38,225 nucleotides of DNA from Bdellovibrionales bacterium (GCA_041650075.1 JBAZLX010000001.1:1-38225); one strand, 5' to 3'. Counted from the stretch's first letter, positions 26,221 to 33,766 are shown. The notes: a model not told the origin generated them from the sequence alone. A program made the numbers and translations.

Positions 26221-26540
26221 TTTTGCTCCTTGTTTAAAATTTCTTCAATATTTTTTAATGTTTTATAGTCATTAGCATAAAACACTCTTTGGCTTATTTT
26301 GTAACTATTGTTATGCACATATTCCGCATCGTCCAATTCTTGCTCAGAAAAAACAACCCCTTTTGGATTTTTTTTAGGTATTTTTTCTTTATACTCTGTG
26401 ATCCAAGATTTTGAAGTTTCCCCTACGATTTTCGTTTCTCTCCAATGATAACGCCAGATAGGTGATGATCTATTATTATCATCATACTTTCGTCTATTAC
26501 TATCAAAAACCCAACATTTAGGATATTCATTATTTTCCAT
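26217..26540 (-). CDS. Hypothetical early protein
   Basis: The start at 26540 (MENNEYPKCWVF) has AAGAGGA 5 nt upstream. The track start at 26597 lies within the -35 box of the predicted promoter. Confidence 0.55.
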   Translation of the reverse strand: MENNEYPKCWVFDSNRRKYDDNNRSSPIWRYHWRETKIVGETSKSWITEYKEKIPKKNPKGVVFSEQELDDAEYVHNNSYKISQRVFYANDYKTLKNIEEILNKEQK

Positions 26541-26568
26541 ATTGTCCTCTTTTTTATGTATATTCGAA

Positions 26569-26597
26569 ATCATACTATTTATTAAATATAATGTCAA
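26569..26597 (-). promoter_or_regulatory. Leftward early promoter
   Basis: Minus strand TTGACA (26592..26597), 17-nt spacer, TATGAT (26569..26574), about 22 nt ahead of the first ATG. Confidence 0.6.
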
Positions 26598-26650
26598 TAG
26601 CGCAAATATAATTTATTTACATTGCATTTAATCGTATTTAAAGAAATGTA

Positions 26651-26659
26651 TGTTACAAT
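26651..26659 (+). promoter_or_regulatory. Rightward promoter candidate (extended -10 TGTTACAAT)
   Basis: A TGnTACAAT element back-to-back with the leftward promoter. The -35 is weak. Confidence 0.4.
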
Positions 26660-26723
26660 ACCTCATGCAAAAAGAAGTTCGCTTCTCTTTGCTAGTCATT
26701 AATCATAGGATGACTTTAATTAC

Positions 26724-26752
26724 TTATGATGCGTTATTCACAACGATATAAT
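26724..26752 (+). promoter_or_regulatory. Second rightward promoter candidate
   Basis: TTATGA, 17-nt spacer, TATAAT (26747..26752). Confidence 0.4.
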
Positions 26753-26859
26753 AGAGCCGAAAATGTGAAATATTTAGGCTCACAATTAAAAATTATTGTT
26801 TTGATATTGAATTACAAATAGGTCGCAAATCAACCTATAAAGATAATGTGCCGATAAGC

Positions 26860-27140
26860 GGGGTGGCGTTAAAAAGCTTTAGTATGGAGCGCATTAATAT
26901 AAGATAGTCACTGGTGTCTTAGTGCGTTTCACTATAAAGCTTTAGCATGAAGTGCTATCAAGTGGCAGAGCAGGTTTATACGTTCCTGACAATCTAAATT
27001 AAAAAAATGCAAGACGAGTGTGTAATGCGTCAGTAATGGGTAGTACTTCACAATAAAGCTTTAAATGATGCAACCCCCATAGAAAAATTGCAACTAGGAA
27101 TTGCAAGGGTGGTATCACATAGAGCTTTTAATTAGGCATC
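26860..27140. repeat. Four approximately 35-40 bp repeat units with a TAAAGCTTTA palindromic core (operator or iteron candidates)
   Basis: Cores lie at 26872..26881 (AAAAGCTTTA), 26935..26944 (TAAAGCTTTA), 27054..27063 (TAAAGCTTTA) and 27120..27130 (TAGAGCTTTTA). Conserved flanks are GGGTrG...CAC on the left and ATGrAGyGC on the right. Centre spacings are about 63, 119 and 66 bp. Confidence 0.7.
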
Positions 27141-27176
27141 GTTAGCGGTGTCAATAAAATGCTTAAGGGGTTATAT

Positions 27177-27467
27177 ATGCCATCAGAAGATGAAATCGAA
27201 AAAGAAATTCAAGAAAAAGGTTTGACCGCAAAACGTCTTACGCCAGCAGATATTGATGCGGTAATCGCAAAAGAGTATTATCATCGAGTTCCTGAAACTA
27301 CAATGACAATCTGTGTCTTAACAATCCGAAACGGATTTATGGTGACGGGGGAATCAGCGGCGGTATCGCTTGAGAACTTCGATGAAGAGATCGGAAAGAA
27401 GATAGCGTATGAAAACGCCCGCAATAAGATATGGGCACTGGAAGGATATTTGTTAATGAATTCATAA
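27177..27467 (+). CDS. Gp49-like phage protein, first rightward gene
   Basis: TMTICVLTIRNGFMVTGESAAVSLENFDEEIGKKIAYENARNKIWALEGYLL matches the remembered Gp49-type pattern. The start at 27177 has an AAGGGG SD. The track start is 27159. Confidence 0.65.
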   Translation: MPSEDEIEKEIQEKGLTAKRLTPADIDAVIAKEYYHRVPETTMTICVLTIRNGFMVTGESAAVSLENFDEEIGKKIAYENARNKIWALEGYLLMNS

Positions 27468-27601
27468 CATTCCCTCCATTCGGGGGGTATATCTGTAACA
27501 AAAAAGTAAAGAGTTTTAGTTGATGCACTCATATCTTAAGGGTTATTGGAAGTAATTTTTGAATGAGTGTATCACTAGAGTTTACGCATAATAGTTGGAA
27601 T

Positions 27602-27640
27602 GAGACGGGAGTATGCAATCCCGGTCTCTCCCGTTTCTTT
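27602..27640 (+). terminator. Intrinsic terminator candidate
   Basis: GAGACGGGA-gtatgcaa-TCCCGGTCTC, 9 bp with one bulged G, followed by TCCCGTTTCTTTCG. Confidence 0.55.
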
Positions 27641-27667
27641 CGAATTATAAGACTGGGAGGTCGTAAA

Positions 27668-27754
27668 ATGAAAACAAAAATTAAATGGATGTTGCTTCGG
27701 TGGGAAGTGCGTTTTGGAGAGTTATCCATCAAAGTGTTTGGGGTTCCGGCATGA
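27668..27754 (+). CDS. 28-aa upstream ORF (MKTKIKWMLLRWEVRFGELSIKVFGVPA)
   Basis: GGGAGG lies 7 nt upstream of the ATG. Its TGA forms an ATGA overlap with the ATG at 27751. Confidence 0.45.
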   Translation: MKTKIKWMLLRWEVRFGELSIKVFGVPA

Positions 27755-27978
27755 TCTCGAAAATCCGTAAATCACAAATATTGGCAGATCGTTACGCTTT
27801 TGCAGAGAATGAGGAAGTGCTTGTAAATGCGCTAGACCTTTGCGAAGAGATGATAGAAAACGAACAGTTAAAGCGTCTAGTAGACAGCTTGAAGAACGAT
27901 AACGACATTTTACGCACTCGACTTTCTTTGCGAGATGGTGAGCGTGTGGAGCATCGTCGGATTGATATTAAGGGGTGA
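27751..27978 (+). CDS. Hypothetical protein (75 aa)
   Basis: In frame with track ORF 27685..27978. The start at 27751 (MISKIRK) was preferred because it is coupled to the uORF, and the ATG at 27685 has no SD. Confidence 0.5.
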   Translation: MISKIRKSQILADRYAFAENEEVLVNALDLCEEMIENEQLKRLVDSLKNDNDILRTRLSLRDGERVEHRRIDIKG

Positions 27979-27981
27979 AAG

Positions 27982-28206
27982 ATGAAGTTAAATGAATATT
28001 TGAGCCAATGCGATAAAAACGAGGAACGCTTCCAAGCTGAATACGATGCCGACATGGAAAGCCTCGACGAGTACATTAACGATGCGTATGCGATTTTAGA
28101 GCAAGCGCAATCTGTATTGTTTTTTAAACGTGATATTTTCAGCTCTTGCATGGACAAAGCTGATTTTGATAATTTGATTATTGAGAAGATTAAGGAGTTG
28201 TTGTGA
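27982..28206 (+). CDS. Hypothetical acidic protein
   Basis: 74-aa ORF directly upstream of the Erf-like gene, with a GTGA overlap. Confidence 0.55.
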   Translation: MKLNEYLSQCDKNEERFQAEYDADMESLDEYINDAYAILEQAQSVLFFKRDIFSSCMDKADFDNLIIEKIKELL

Positions 28207-28808
28207 AAGAATTATTAAAAGCAAAAGCGGACTTTAGAAAAAAAGGCGTTGTGCTTGTTGCAGACAGACAAAAAGATGGCGCCGGAGGATCTTGGAAGTT
28301 TGCAGGCGAGGACAATATGATAAAAACGATTCAAGCACCATTGACAGACTGCGGCCTTGAAATCATATCCACAATGAAAGATGATAACGTAGTAGTTACT
28401 CTTTGGCACGTTGGAAGTGGAGAGAGTATTGAATCATATATTAAACTTCCACCAATTAATCCTCGTAAAGATAGCAAAGGGAACGATATGTATCTTGATG
28501 CTGAAATCGAGCGTGGCAAGCAATTCGGCTACTGGAGCAGAATCTTAACAATTCGTATTTTAGGTCTTAGTGATATTGACCCAGAAGACATGAATAACCG
28601 CCCAACTGATATAACAGATGATACAGTCGAAATGCGAACTGATCTTGAAACACTCATAAAAGCCACAAGCGATGCGTCAGTTACTACGCAATGGATTTGT
28701 ATAAATTACAAAGTATCAAGGACTTCCGATTTGACACCCAACCAACTAAAACATGTAATTAAGCTTTTGCAACAAAAGGCAAAGCAAAATGAAAATCCTA
28801 AATCTTGA
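28203..28808 (+). CDS. erf: Erf-family single-strand annealing protein
   Basis: SWKFAGEDNMIKTIQAPLTDCGLEIIS...TLWHVGSGESIES...GYWSRILTIRILGL...DPED fits the ERF pattern (YkYas...i...GL...H.SGE...TYaRRY.l..lLGl..dDD). GTG start. Confidence 0.65.
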   Translation: MKELLKAKADFRKKGVVLVADRQKDGAGGSWKFAGEDNMIKTIQAPLTDCGLEIISTMKDDNVVVTLWHVGSGESIESYIKLPPINPRKDSKGNDMYLDAEIERGKQFGYWSRILTIRILGLSDIDPEDMNNRPTDITDDTVEMRTDLETLIKATSDASVTTQWICINYKVSRTSDLTPNQLKHVIKLLQQKAKQNENPKS

Positions 28809-29391
28809 ACAAGGAAGCGATGAGTGGTTTTCGGCTCGTCTAGGCGTTCCAACTGCATCAAGATTTAAAGATATAATTACCCCCGCAAAGGGAGACAAAT
28901 CGGCAAGCTACAAGGGGTATATGTACGAACTTATAGCTGAACGGCTAACTAAAGATAGAGAAAACTTTTTTAAATCTGAGTGGATGGAGCGAGGCAATGA
29001 AATTGAGCCGCTCGCAAGAGCATCATATGAGTTTATGCACGAAGTAGAAGTTCAACAAGTCGGAATGATCTTTAATGATGCAATGACGATCGGAATTAGC
29101 CCTGATGGTTTAGTAGGAGACAATGGAGGCTTAGAGATCAAATGCCCTAAGCCAAGTACCATTGTTAAATATATGCTTGATGGCGGGCTTCCATTGGAAT
29201 ATAAACCGCAAGTTATGGGTAGCCTTATGATTAGCGGTCGTGAATGGTGGGATTTTTTAGCATTTCATCCACTGATGGACTTTTACCAAATCAGAGTTTA
29301 CCGTGATGAAGAGTACATTAAAAAGATGGAAACTCATTTAAACGATTTTGTCGATGAGCTAGAAATTAATTATAGCAAATTGAAAAAATGA
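28789..29391 (+). CDS. YqaJ-like recombination exonuclease
   Basis: LEQGSDEWFSARLGVPTASRF, ERGNEIEP and SPDGLV...GGLEIKCPK are YqaJ/lambda-Exo-type motifs. It is adjacent to the annealing protein gene. Confidence 0.85.
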   Translation: MKILNLEQGSDEWFSARLGVPTASRFKDIITPAKGDKSASYKGYMYELIAERLTKDRENFFKSEWMERGNEIEPLARASYEFMHEVEVQQVGMIFNDAMTIGISPDGLVGDNGGLEIKCPKPSTIVKYMLDGGLPLEYKPQVMGSLMISGREWWDFLAFHPLMDFYQIRVYRDEEYIKKMETHLNDFVDELEINYSKLKK

Positions 29392-29810
29392 AGATCACAC
29401 TGAAAAAAGAGCGTGGGTCATTACTCCCATACTCCGACGAAGATTACGAAGCACTGCAAAAGTTAAGCGATGCGGTTTATACCGTTGATATTAAAAATCT
29501 CGATATGCGAACCGTTAAACAAAATTCTGCAATTCATCTATGGTGCAGTCAGATAGCGGAAGTTTTGAATAAAAACAATCTCTATATGACTGGAATTTTC
29601 AGTAACGATATTATGTGGAGTATGGAGTTGGTAAAGGAGCAGATCATTAAAAACATGATTAAATTGCTTTTTAAAATCGACTCGACTACAAAGTTAAAGC
29701 GCAAGGAGATCGATGTATTGATCGATCATATCACTTATATTTTTGGTGATAAAAAAGGTATTACTATACCTAGATTCCCTAGCCGTGAGTTGTGGGATGA
29801 TAATAAATAA
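29388..29810 (+). CDS. ninB: NinB/Orf-like recombination mediator
   Basis: RTVKQNSAIHLWCSQIAEVL resembles the RSLDQNRKLWACLGDVS core of lambda NinB. 140 aa, following the exo gene. Confidence 0.5.
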   Translation: MKITLKKERGSLLPYSDEDYEALQKLSDAVYTVDIKNLDMRTVKQNSAIHLWCSQIAEVLNKNNLYMTGIFSNDIMWSMELVKEQIIKNMIKLLFKIDSTTKLKRKEIDVLIDHITYIFGDKKGITIPRFPSRELWDDNK

Positions 29811-29822
29811 AAAGGATAGGTT

Positions 29823-30038
29823 ATGGATACAAAAGCGGAAATTGAAAAGATTATTACTGTACACGTTTTTCACGGTACAGCTGAGTCTATTACAATTAAA
29901 GACAACCCAGATGCCCCAGAGATAGGGGCAATGCTTGTTCACGAATGTGATGGTCAAAAAAACGAGATTTATATTTGGAAAGACGATATTGAGCAAATAA
30001 TTAAAGCTTTACAAATGTTTAATAAAAAGGAAAACTAA
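29823..30038 (+). CDS. Hypothetical protein
   Basis: 71-aa ORF with an AAGGA SD. Confidence 0.55.
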   Translation: MDTKAEIEKIITVHVFHGTAESITIKDNPDAPEIGAMLVHECDGQKNEIYIWKDDIEQIIKALQMFNKKEN

Positions 30039-30220
30039 TGGTTAACATCCAAGAAGAAGTAAACGGTCTTTATGAAAAGGCAATCCAACGAATCGAAAGC
30101 GATTTCAAAGAAGGAAAGACACTCAGCTTTCATCACTACGCTGTAAAATATGGGCTTAACCCTCATAGGTTGCAAAGCGAGTGGGTGAGCTACAATCATG
30201 CTAAGAAGGGGAAGCAATGA
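30038..30220 (+). CDS. Hypothetical protein
   Basis: 60-aa ORF with a TAATG junction to the upstream gene. Confidence 0.5.
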   Translation: MVNIQEEVNGLYEKAIQRIESDFKEGKTLSFHHYAVKYGLNPHRLQSEWVSYNHAKKGKQ

Positions 30221-30657
30221 CTAAAGAAGATTTGATTACATGGATTAGAAAATACGATGACCATGAGGATAAGATTACGTTGCTTTCTAAGCTTGATGAT
30301 TTCTTCTTGCAAAACGTAGTAATACCAAAAGGTGAGAACCGCCACCCTGATGCTGATTTATTCCATATTGTAATAGAGAATCCAAATCTGACGTTAGAAA
30401 CGGATAGATGGACCGTGTGCTGGAAAGAAGATGAGTGCTTATTTTACAAAAACGGCGTCATCAATAGTAAAGCTATTATTAGATACCGCATCAAACCATC
30501 TGAGCCAGTATATGAATGGCAGTGGTATAAATTTGTAAATGGTCATATTTATTTAACGCATACATGGGGAATAAAGCAGTATTTTACCGAAGAAGAAATG
30601 CGTGATAGTAATTATAAAAAGTTTGAAGAAACAAAACGGGAGCGCAAAAATGACTAA
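30217..30657 (+). CDS. Hypothetical protein
   Basis: 146-aa ORF, ATGA-coupled. Confidence 0.6.
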   Translation: MTKEDLITWIRKYDDHEDKITLLSKLDDFFLQNVVIPKGENRHPDADLFHIVIENPNLTLETDRWTVCWKEDECLFYKNGVINSKAIIRYRIKPSEPVYEWQWYKFVNGHIYLTHTWGIKQYFTEEEMRDSNYKKFEETKRERKND

Positions 30658-30901
30658 ATCATACGGTCAGCTAGAAAAAGAAAAGAAAATGTTAGAAAGA
30701 TTCATTTATGCTTTCCTAACATTGTTCTTGGTGTCGTTTATATTGTTAGCGATGGTGTCCGAGAAGATCGATGCGGCCTTTGCGGAAGACGAAGATAAAA
30801 TATCGAAACTGGAAGCTAAAAATAAGGTGCTAAGAGATGAACTTAGCGACATTACAATGAGCGGGACGTGTTTAAAGCGTATCCCTGCTTATGAGAGATA
30901 A
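30650..30901 (+). CDS. Single-pass membrane protein with a coiled-coil ectodomain
   Basis: The start at 30650 (MTKSYGQLEKEKK) overlaps the upstream stop by 8 nt. TM segment FIYAFLTLFLVSFILLAMV, then KISKLEAKNKVLRDEL. Confidence 0.55.
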   Translation: MTKSYGQLEKEKKMLERFIYAFLTLFLVSFILLAMVSEKIDAAFAEDEDKISKLEAKNKVLRDELSDITMSGTCLKRIPAYER

Positions 30902-30911
30902 GGAGCAAAAA

Positions 30912-31238
30912 ATGCTAAAAGAATATTCCAAAGGCGTTGCATTTGTTATTGCAACAATAGTTATTATTTCAGCGGTATCATTGGCTATTAAATATTTTGG
31001 TCAGCCTATGAGCCGATCAATCGATCAAAAGACATTTATGGAATCACAGCAGTATATTGATGGTTCAATTCGCGATCTGTCAAAATATCAGGTTCAATAC
31101 GCGGCAGGTGACGATGCTGCGAAAGCAATTATCCGATCAACGGTGCAACATCAGTTTGCTAACTTTCCGAGCGAAAAAGTGCCTTTGCGCTTACAGCCGT
31201 TTTATAGCTCTATGATGAGCGGAGGAGATTTAAAATGA
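30912..31238 (+). CDS. N-terminally anchored membrane protein
   Basis: The start at 30912 (MLKEYSKG) has AAGGAG 6 nt upstream. TM segment VAFVIATIVIISAVSLAI. The track start is 30891. Confidence 0.55.
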   Translation: MLKEYSKGVAFVIATIVIISAVSLAIKYFGQPMSRSIDQKTFMESQQYIDGSIRDLSKYQVQYAAGDDAAKAIIRSTVQHQFANFPSEKVPLRLQPFYSSMMSGGDLK

Positions 31239-31732
31239 AGCGTACCTTTTTATTTTTTATGGCTTTAACTTTATCGATGTTTTTAGCAGGGTGTGATGTT
31301 CAAGAGTCAGGCGAGGAACTACAAGCCAGACAGCAAGCGGAGCAAACAAAAATTGCAGTGCAATCAACTGGTATGCCGTCTATCATAAACTTTACTGAAA
31401 AAAAGAATATGAAGATGATTTTGGAAATGCGGGATAACGCTGGGCTTCGTACTTATACATATATGCGAGATATGCACGGCGTTATGCACAAGCTGTGCGA
31501 TTCTATCGGGTATCCTATTCCGTATTCCACACAATATACAAACCCTCAATATGTATCAGAGCAAGGCAACGGATATGGATATGCTATTATCCCACAAGCT
31601 GACCCAAACGGTCTTTATTCTCCTGAATCAGCGGAAGGGTCTTATGTTATGTGTTTGAACCCAAAAGATAAACAGCTTACCCCGGTATATGTTGAAGAGC
31701 GGCTTATAACAAGCCCATACGAATTACAATAA
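31235..31732 (+). CDS. Lipoprotein
   Basis: Signal peptide MKRTFLFFMALTLSMFLAGC with lipobox LAGC. 165 aa, ATGA-coupled to the upstream membrane protein gene. Confidence 0.75.
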   Translation: MKRTFLFFMALTLSMFLAGCDVQESGEELQARQQAEQTKIAVQSTGMPSIINFTEKKNMKMILEMRDNAGLRTYTYMRDMHGVMHKLCDSIGYPIPYSTQYTNPQYVSEQGNGYGYAIIPQADPNGLYSPESAEGSYVMCLNPKDKQLTPVYVEERLITSPYELQ

Positions 31733-31741
31733 GGAACAAAA

Positions 31742-32083
31742 ATGAGTTTGCCAAAAACATATGGACTATTTAGACTAACACGCAACGCTGATTTAAAATA
31801 TACTCAGGACGGAAAGCCAATCCTAAAAATGGGGCTTGTTGCTAGTGAAAAATATGCTGATCGTGAAACGCAATGCTTCATTGATGCAACGGTATTCGGA
31901 AAGATGGCGGAGACTATCAACACCTATGCAGGTGAAAAAGGCACACAGATTTTTCTAACTGGAAAACTACAAACAGAAACATGGGAGACTGATGGACAAA
32001 GACGCTCTAAAAATTCAATGATTGTCGAAGGTTTTGATTTCGTATCTAAGCCTAAAGGAAACGGAGAAAACAACCACAGCTGA
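31742..32083 (+). CDS. ssb: Single-stranded DNA-binding protein, OB-fold part, ending at an in-frame TGA
   Basis: 113 aa. GLFRLTRNADLKYTQDGKPILKMGLV...FIDATVFGKMAE...GTQIFLTGKLQTETWE is an SSB OB-fold pattern. The linker and acidic tip are missing from this ORF. Confidence 0.85.
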   Translation: MSLPKTYGLFRLTRNADLKYTQDGKPILKMGLVASEKYADRETQCFIDATVFGKMAETINTYAGEKGTQIFLTGKLQTETWETDGQRRSKNSMIVEGFDFVSKPKGNGENNHS

Positions 32084-32206
32084 TATGCAAACAGTAGCGA
32101 TGAAGCTAACCGTGGGGTTAATGCTCCGGTGTCGTATGTGCCACGCCCTATGCCTGAAAGTAATTTCCCAGAGATTGACATTAACGAAGACGAGATACCT
32201 TTTTGA
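32081..32206 (+). other. In-frame TGA plus a 40-codon same-frame extension encoding the SSB linker and DEIPF tip
   Basis: In the same frame as 31742: TGA(32081) then YANSSDEANRGVNAPVSYVPRPMPESNFPEIDINEDEIPF, ending at TGA(32204..32206). The frame was checked codon by codon. Confidence 0.8.
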
Positions 32207-32226
32207 TACAATCTTTATCATAATTA

Positions 32227-32251
32227 AGCGTACTTTTATATTTAGTACGTT
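32227..32251 (+). terminator. Weak stem-loop after ssb
   Basis: AAGCGTACT-tttatattt-AGTACGTT, 8 bp including one G-T pair, with only a weakly T-rich sequence after it. Confidence 0.3.
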
Positions 32252-32283
32252 AAACTTATTCTATCAAAACAAAAGGGGATAGG

Positions 32284-32664
32284 ATGGGATCTGCATTATA
32301 CTACACAAATGGATGCAATACACTGCTAAGTAATATGGATGATGATATAAAATCATTGACCTGTAAAGCAATTAAAGAATATGAAAAACGTGGTGGCAAA
32401 TTACGATTATACATTGTAGATAAAGCGTACTATGGGAATAGGTGTTTACTTAAGGATCATTTTGGACTTCATACAATGGATAGAGGAAATGATCATGGTG
32501 AGTTTTGGCGTGTTTATGAAGAAGTAGTAAAGGGGTTTAACGAGTGGAAATGGAAACTGATCGGAACAAATCTTTCTTTTGAACAATATATGACTGATGA
32601 AGAGGCAAATGGTATTAAGTATCCAATTGAAAAGATACGGATGAGTGGCAGGAAGCGGAAATGA
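32284..32664 (+). CDS. Hypothetical protein
   Basis: 126-aa ORF with a GGGGATAGG SD region. Confidence 0.6.
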   Translation: MGSALYYTNGCNTLLSNMDDDIKSLTCKAIKEYEKRGGKLRLYIVDKAYYGNRCLLKDHFGLHTMDRGNDHGEFWRVYEEVVKGFNEWKWKLIGTNLSFEQYMTDEEANGIKYPIEKIRMSGRKRK

Positions 32665-32825
32665 AAAAACAATACAAACGATCAAACGCAATGAAACGCC
32701 TCGACAAAAACGAGGCAGACATCAAGCAACTATTTGCCGCTAAATCAGGTAAGCAGTTGGTGTGTCGAAAATACAAAGTGAGTATAAATACTCTTGTGAA
32801 ATGGATTAACGAAAACAATAAGTAA
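32661..32825 (+). CDS. Small HTH-like protein (54 aa)
   Basis: Hand translation: MKKQYKRSNAMKRLDKNEADIKQLFAAKSGKQLVCRKYKVSINTLVKWINENNK. ATGA overlap with the upstream stop. Below the track cutoff. Confidence 0.5.
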   Translation: MKKQYKRSNAMKRLDKNEADIKQLFAAKSGKQLVCRKYKVSINTLVKWINENNK

Positions 32826-32835
32826 AGGTAAAGTG

Positions 32836-32994
32836 ATGGACAAAGATCAATTCACAAAAGCAATGATGCTGTACAACACCGGAGCAATCAACCTACCAGA
32901 GTTTACAGAATTTTGCATGACGTATATTAAAGAGCTGGAGCAACAAGTTGAAGTGTTAAGTTTTAAAATTGAAGATAATAAAAAGGTGGCGTGA
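32836..32994 (+). CDS. Hypothetical 52-aa protein
   Basis: Hand translation begins MDKDQFTKAMMLYNTGAINLPEFTEFCMTYIKELEQQVEVL. The stop overlaps the next ATG by 1 nt. Confidence 0.45.
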   Translation: MDKDQFTKAMMLYNTGAINLPEFTEFCMTYIKELEQQVEVLSFKIEDNKKVA

Positions 32995-33281
32995 TGATAT
33001 TATTTGACTACAAAGATGATAAAGTAATCATCAATATAGACAATATGCTAATTGGATGGGCTGATTATGATAGAGCAGGCGATAACATTATGGAGTTTAC
33101 AAAGTCTTTTTGTGATTTTAAAGGAAAAGATGTAAAAGTTTACGATTGTCATTTTGTAGGGATAGTAAGCCCGATGTTTTATTTAAAACTTGCTATAAAA
33201 TCAGCTAGATGGCACTTAATGCAATGGTACAAAATGAAAAAAGCATATGCTCAAGAACTATTTAGGAAGGTTGCTAGATGA
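32994..33281 (+). CDS. Hypothetical protein
   Basis: The track ORF starts at GTG 32991. The ATG at 32994 is equally possible. Confidence 0.55.
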   Translation: MILFDYKDDKVIINIDNMLIGWADYDRAGDNIMEFTKSFCDFKGKDVKVYDCHFVGIVSPMFYLKLAIKSARWHLMQWYKMKKAYAQELFRKVAR

Positions 33282-33766
33282 GTCCATACGAAAGATATTG
33301 CAATGCTATGCGGGAGAGAGGGCTAGAGCCTACCATGAACGAAAAAGAGTTGCACAAAGCATGGGGCATTCAAGATGAAGAGGAATACACGCCTTTTCTA
33401 TCCCGAAAAAGTTCGAGTCATAAACACATCGTGCCGACGCTACAAAATCATATCAAGCCGTCTACGACCCAACAAATCAAAATCAACATTGTGGACAAGC
33501 CAAAAAAGATTAAGCGGGAACCTACCCGCATAAAGCTGTCTAAAGAACAAAGACGGATCAACAAAATAGCAACCCAAAAACGATGGTATCGCAATGTCGT
33601 AAAGCGTGACAGTGGAAGAGAAGTTAAAGATCGTGAGTATATGAGCTTGGATGGGCTAACCGATGAGCAGAAGAAAGCGCGTCGGGCAGAGCAGAAGAGA
33701 GCGTGTAGAAAACGACAAAAAGAAAAGATAAACAATGAAGAAGACCCACGGAGAAGCGTATGTTGA
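33278..33766 (+). CDS. Hypothetical highly basic protein
   Basis: 162-aa ORF, Lys/Arg-rich in its C-terminal half. ATGA-coupled. Confidence 0.6.
   Translation: MSPYERYCNAMRERGLEPTMNEKELHKAWGIQDEEEYTPFLSRKSSSHKHIVPTLQNHIKPSTTQQIKINIVDKPKKIKREPTRIKLSKEQRRINKIATQKRWYRNVVKRDSGREVKDREYMSLDGLTDEQKKARRAEQKRACRKRQKEKINNEEDPRRSVC

Noticed and set aside
26860-27140. Possible mini-CRISPR array formed by the four repeat units
   Set aside because: The units are degenerate, unevenly spaced (about 63, 119 and 66 bp) and built around a protein-binding-type palindrome. There are no cas genes and no leader-like organisation. Operators or iterons fit better.
27563-27978. Long forms of ORFs 27563..27754 (63 aa) and 27685..27978 (97 aa)
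   Set aside because: The 63-aa form starts upstream of, and runs through, the terminator hairpin. The 97-aa form has no SD. An SD-supported 28-aa uORF plus an ATGA-coupled 75-aa gene explains the region better.
32081-32140. Selenocysteine insertion at the ssb TGA
   Set aside because: I saw only a 4-bp TAGC/GCTA stem downstream and no convincing SECIS-like hairpin. A Sec residue in a disordered SSB linker has no precedent that I know of.
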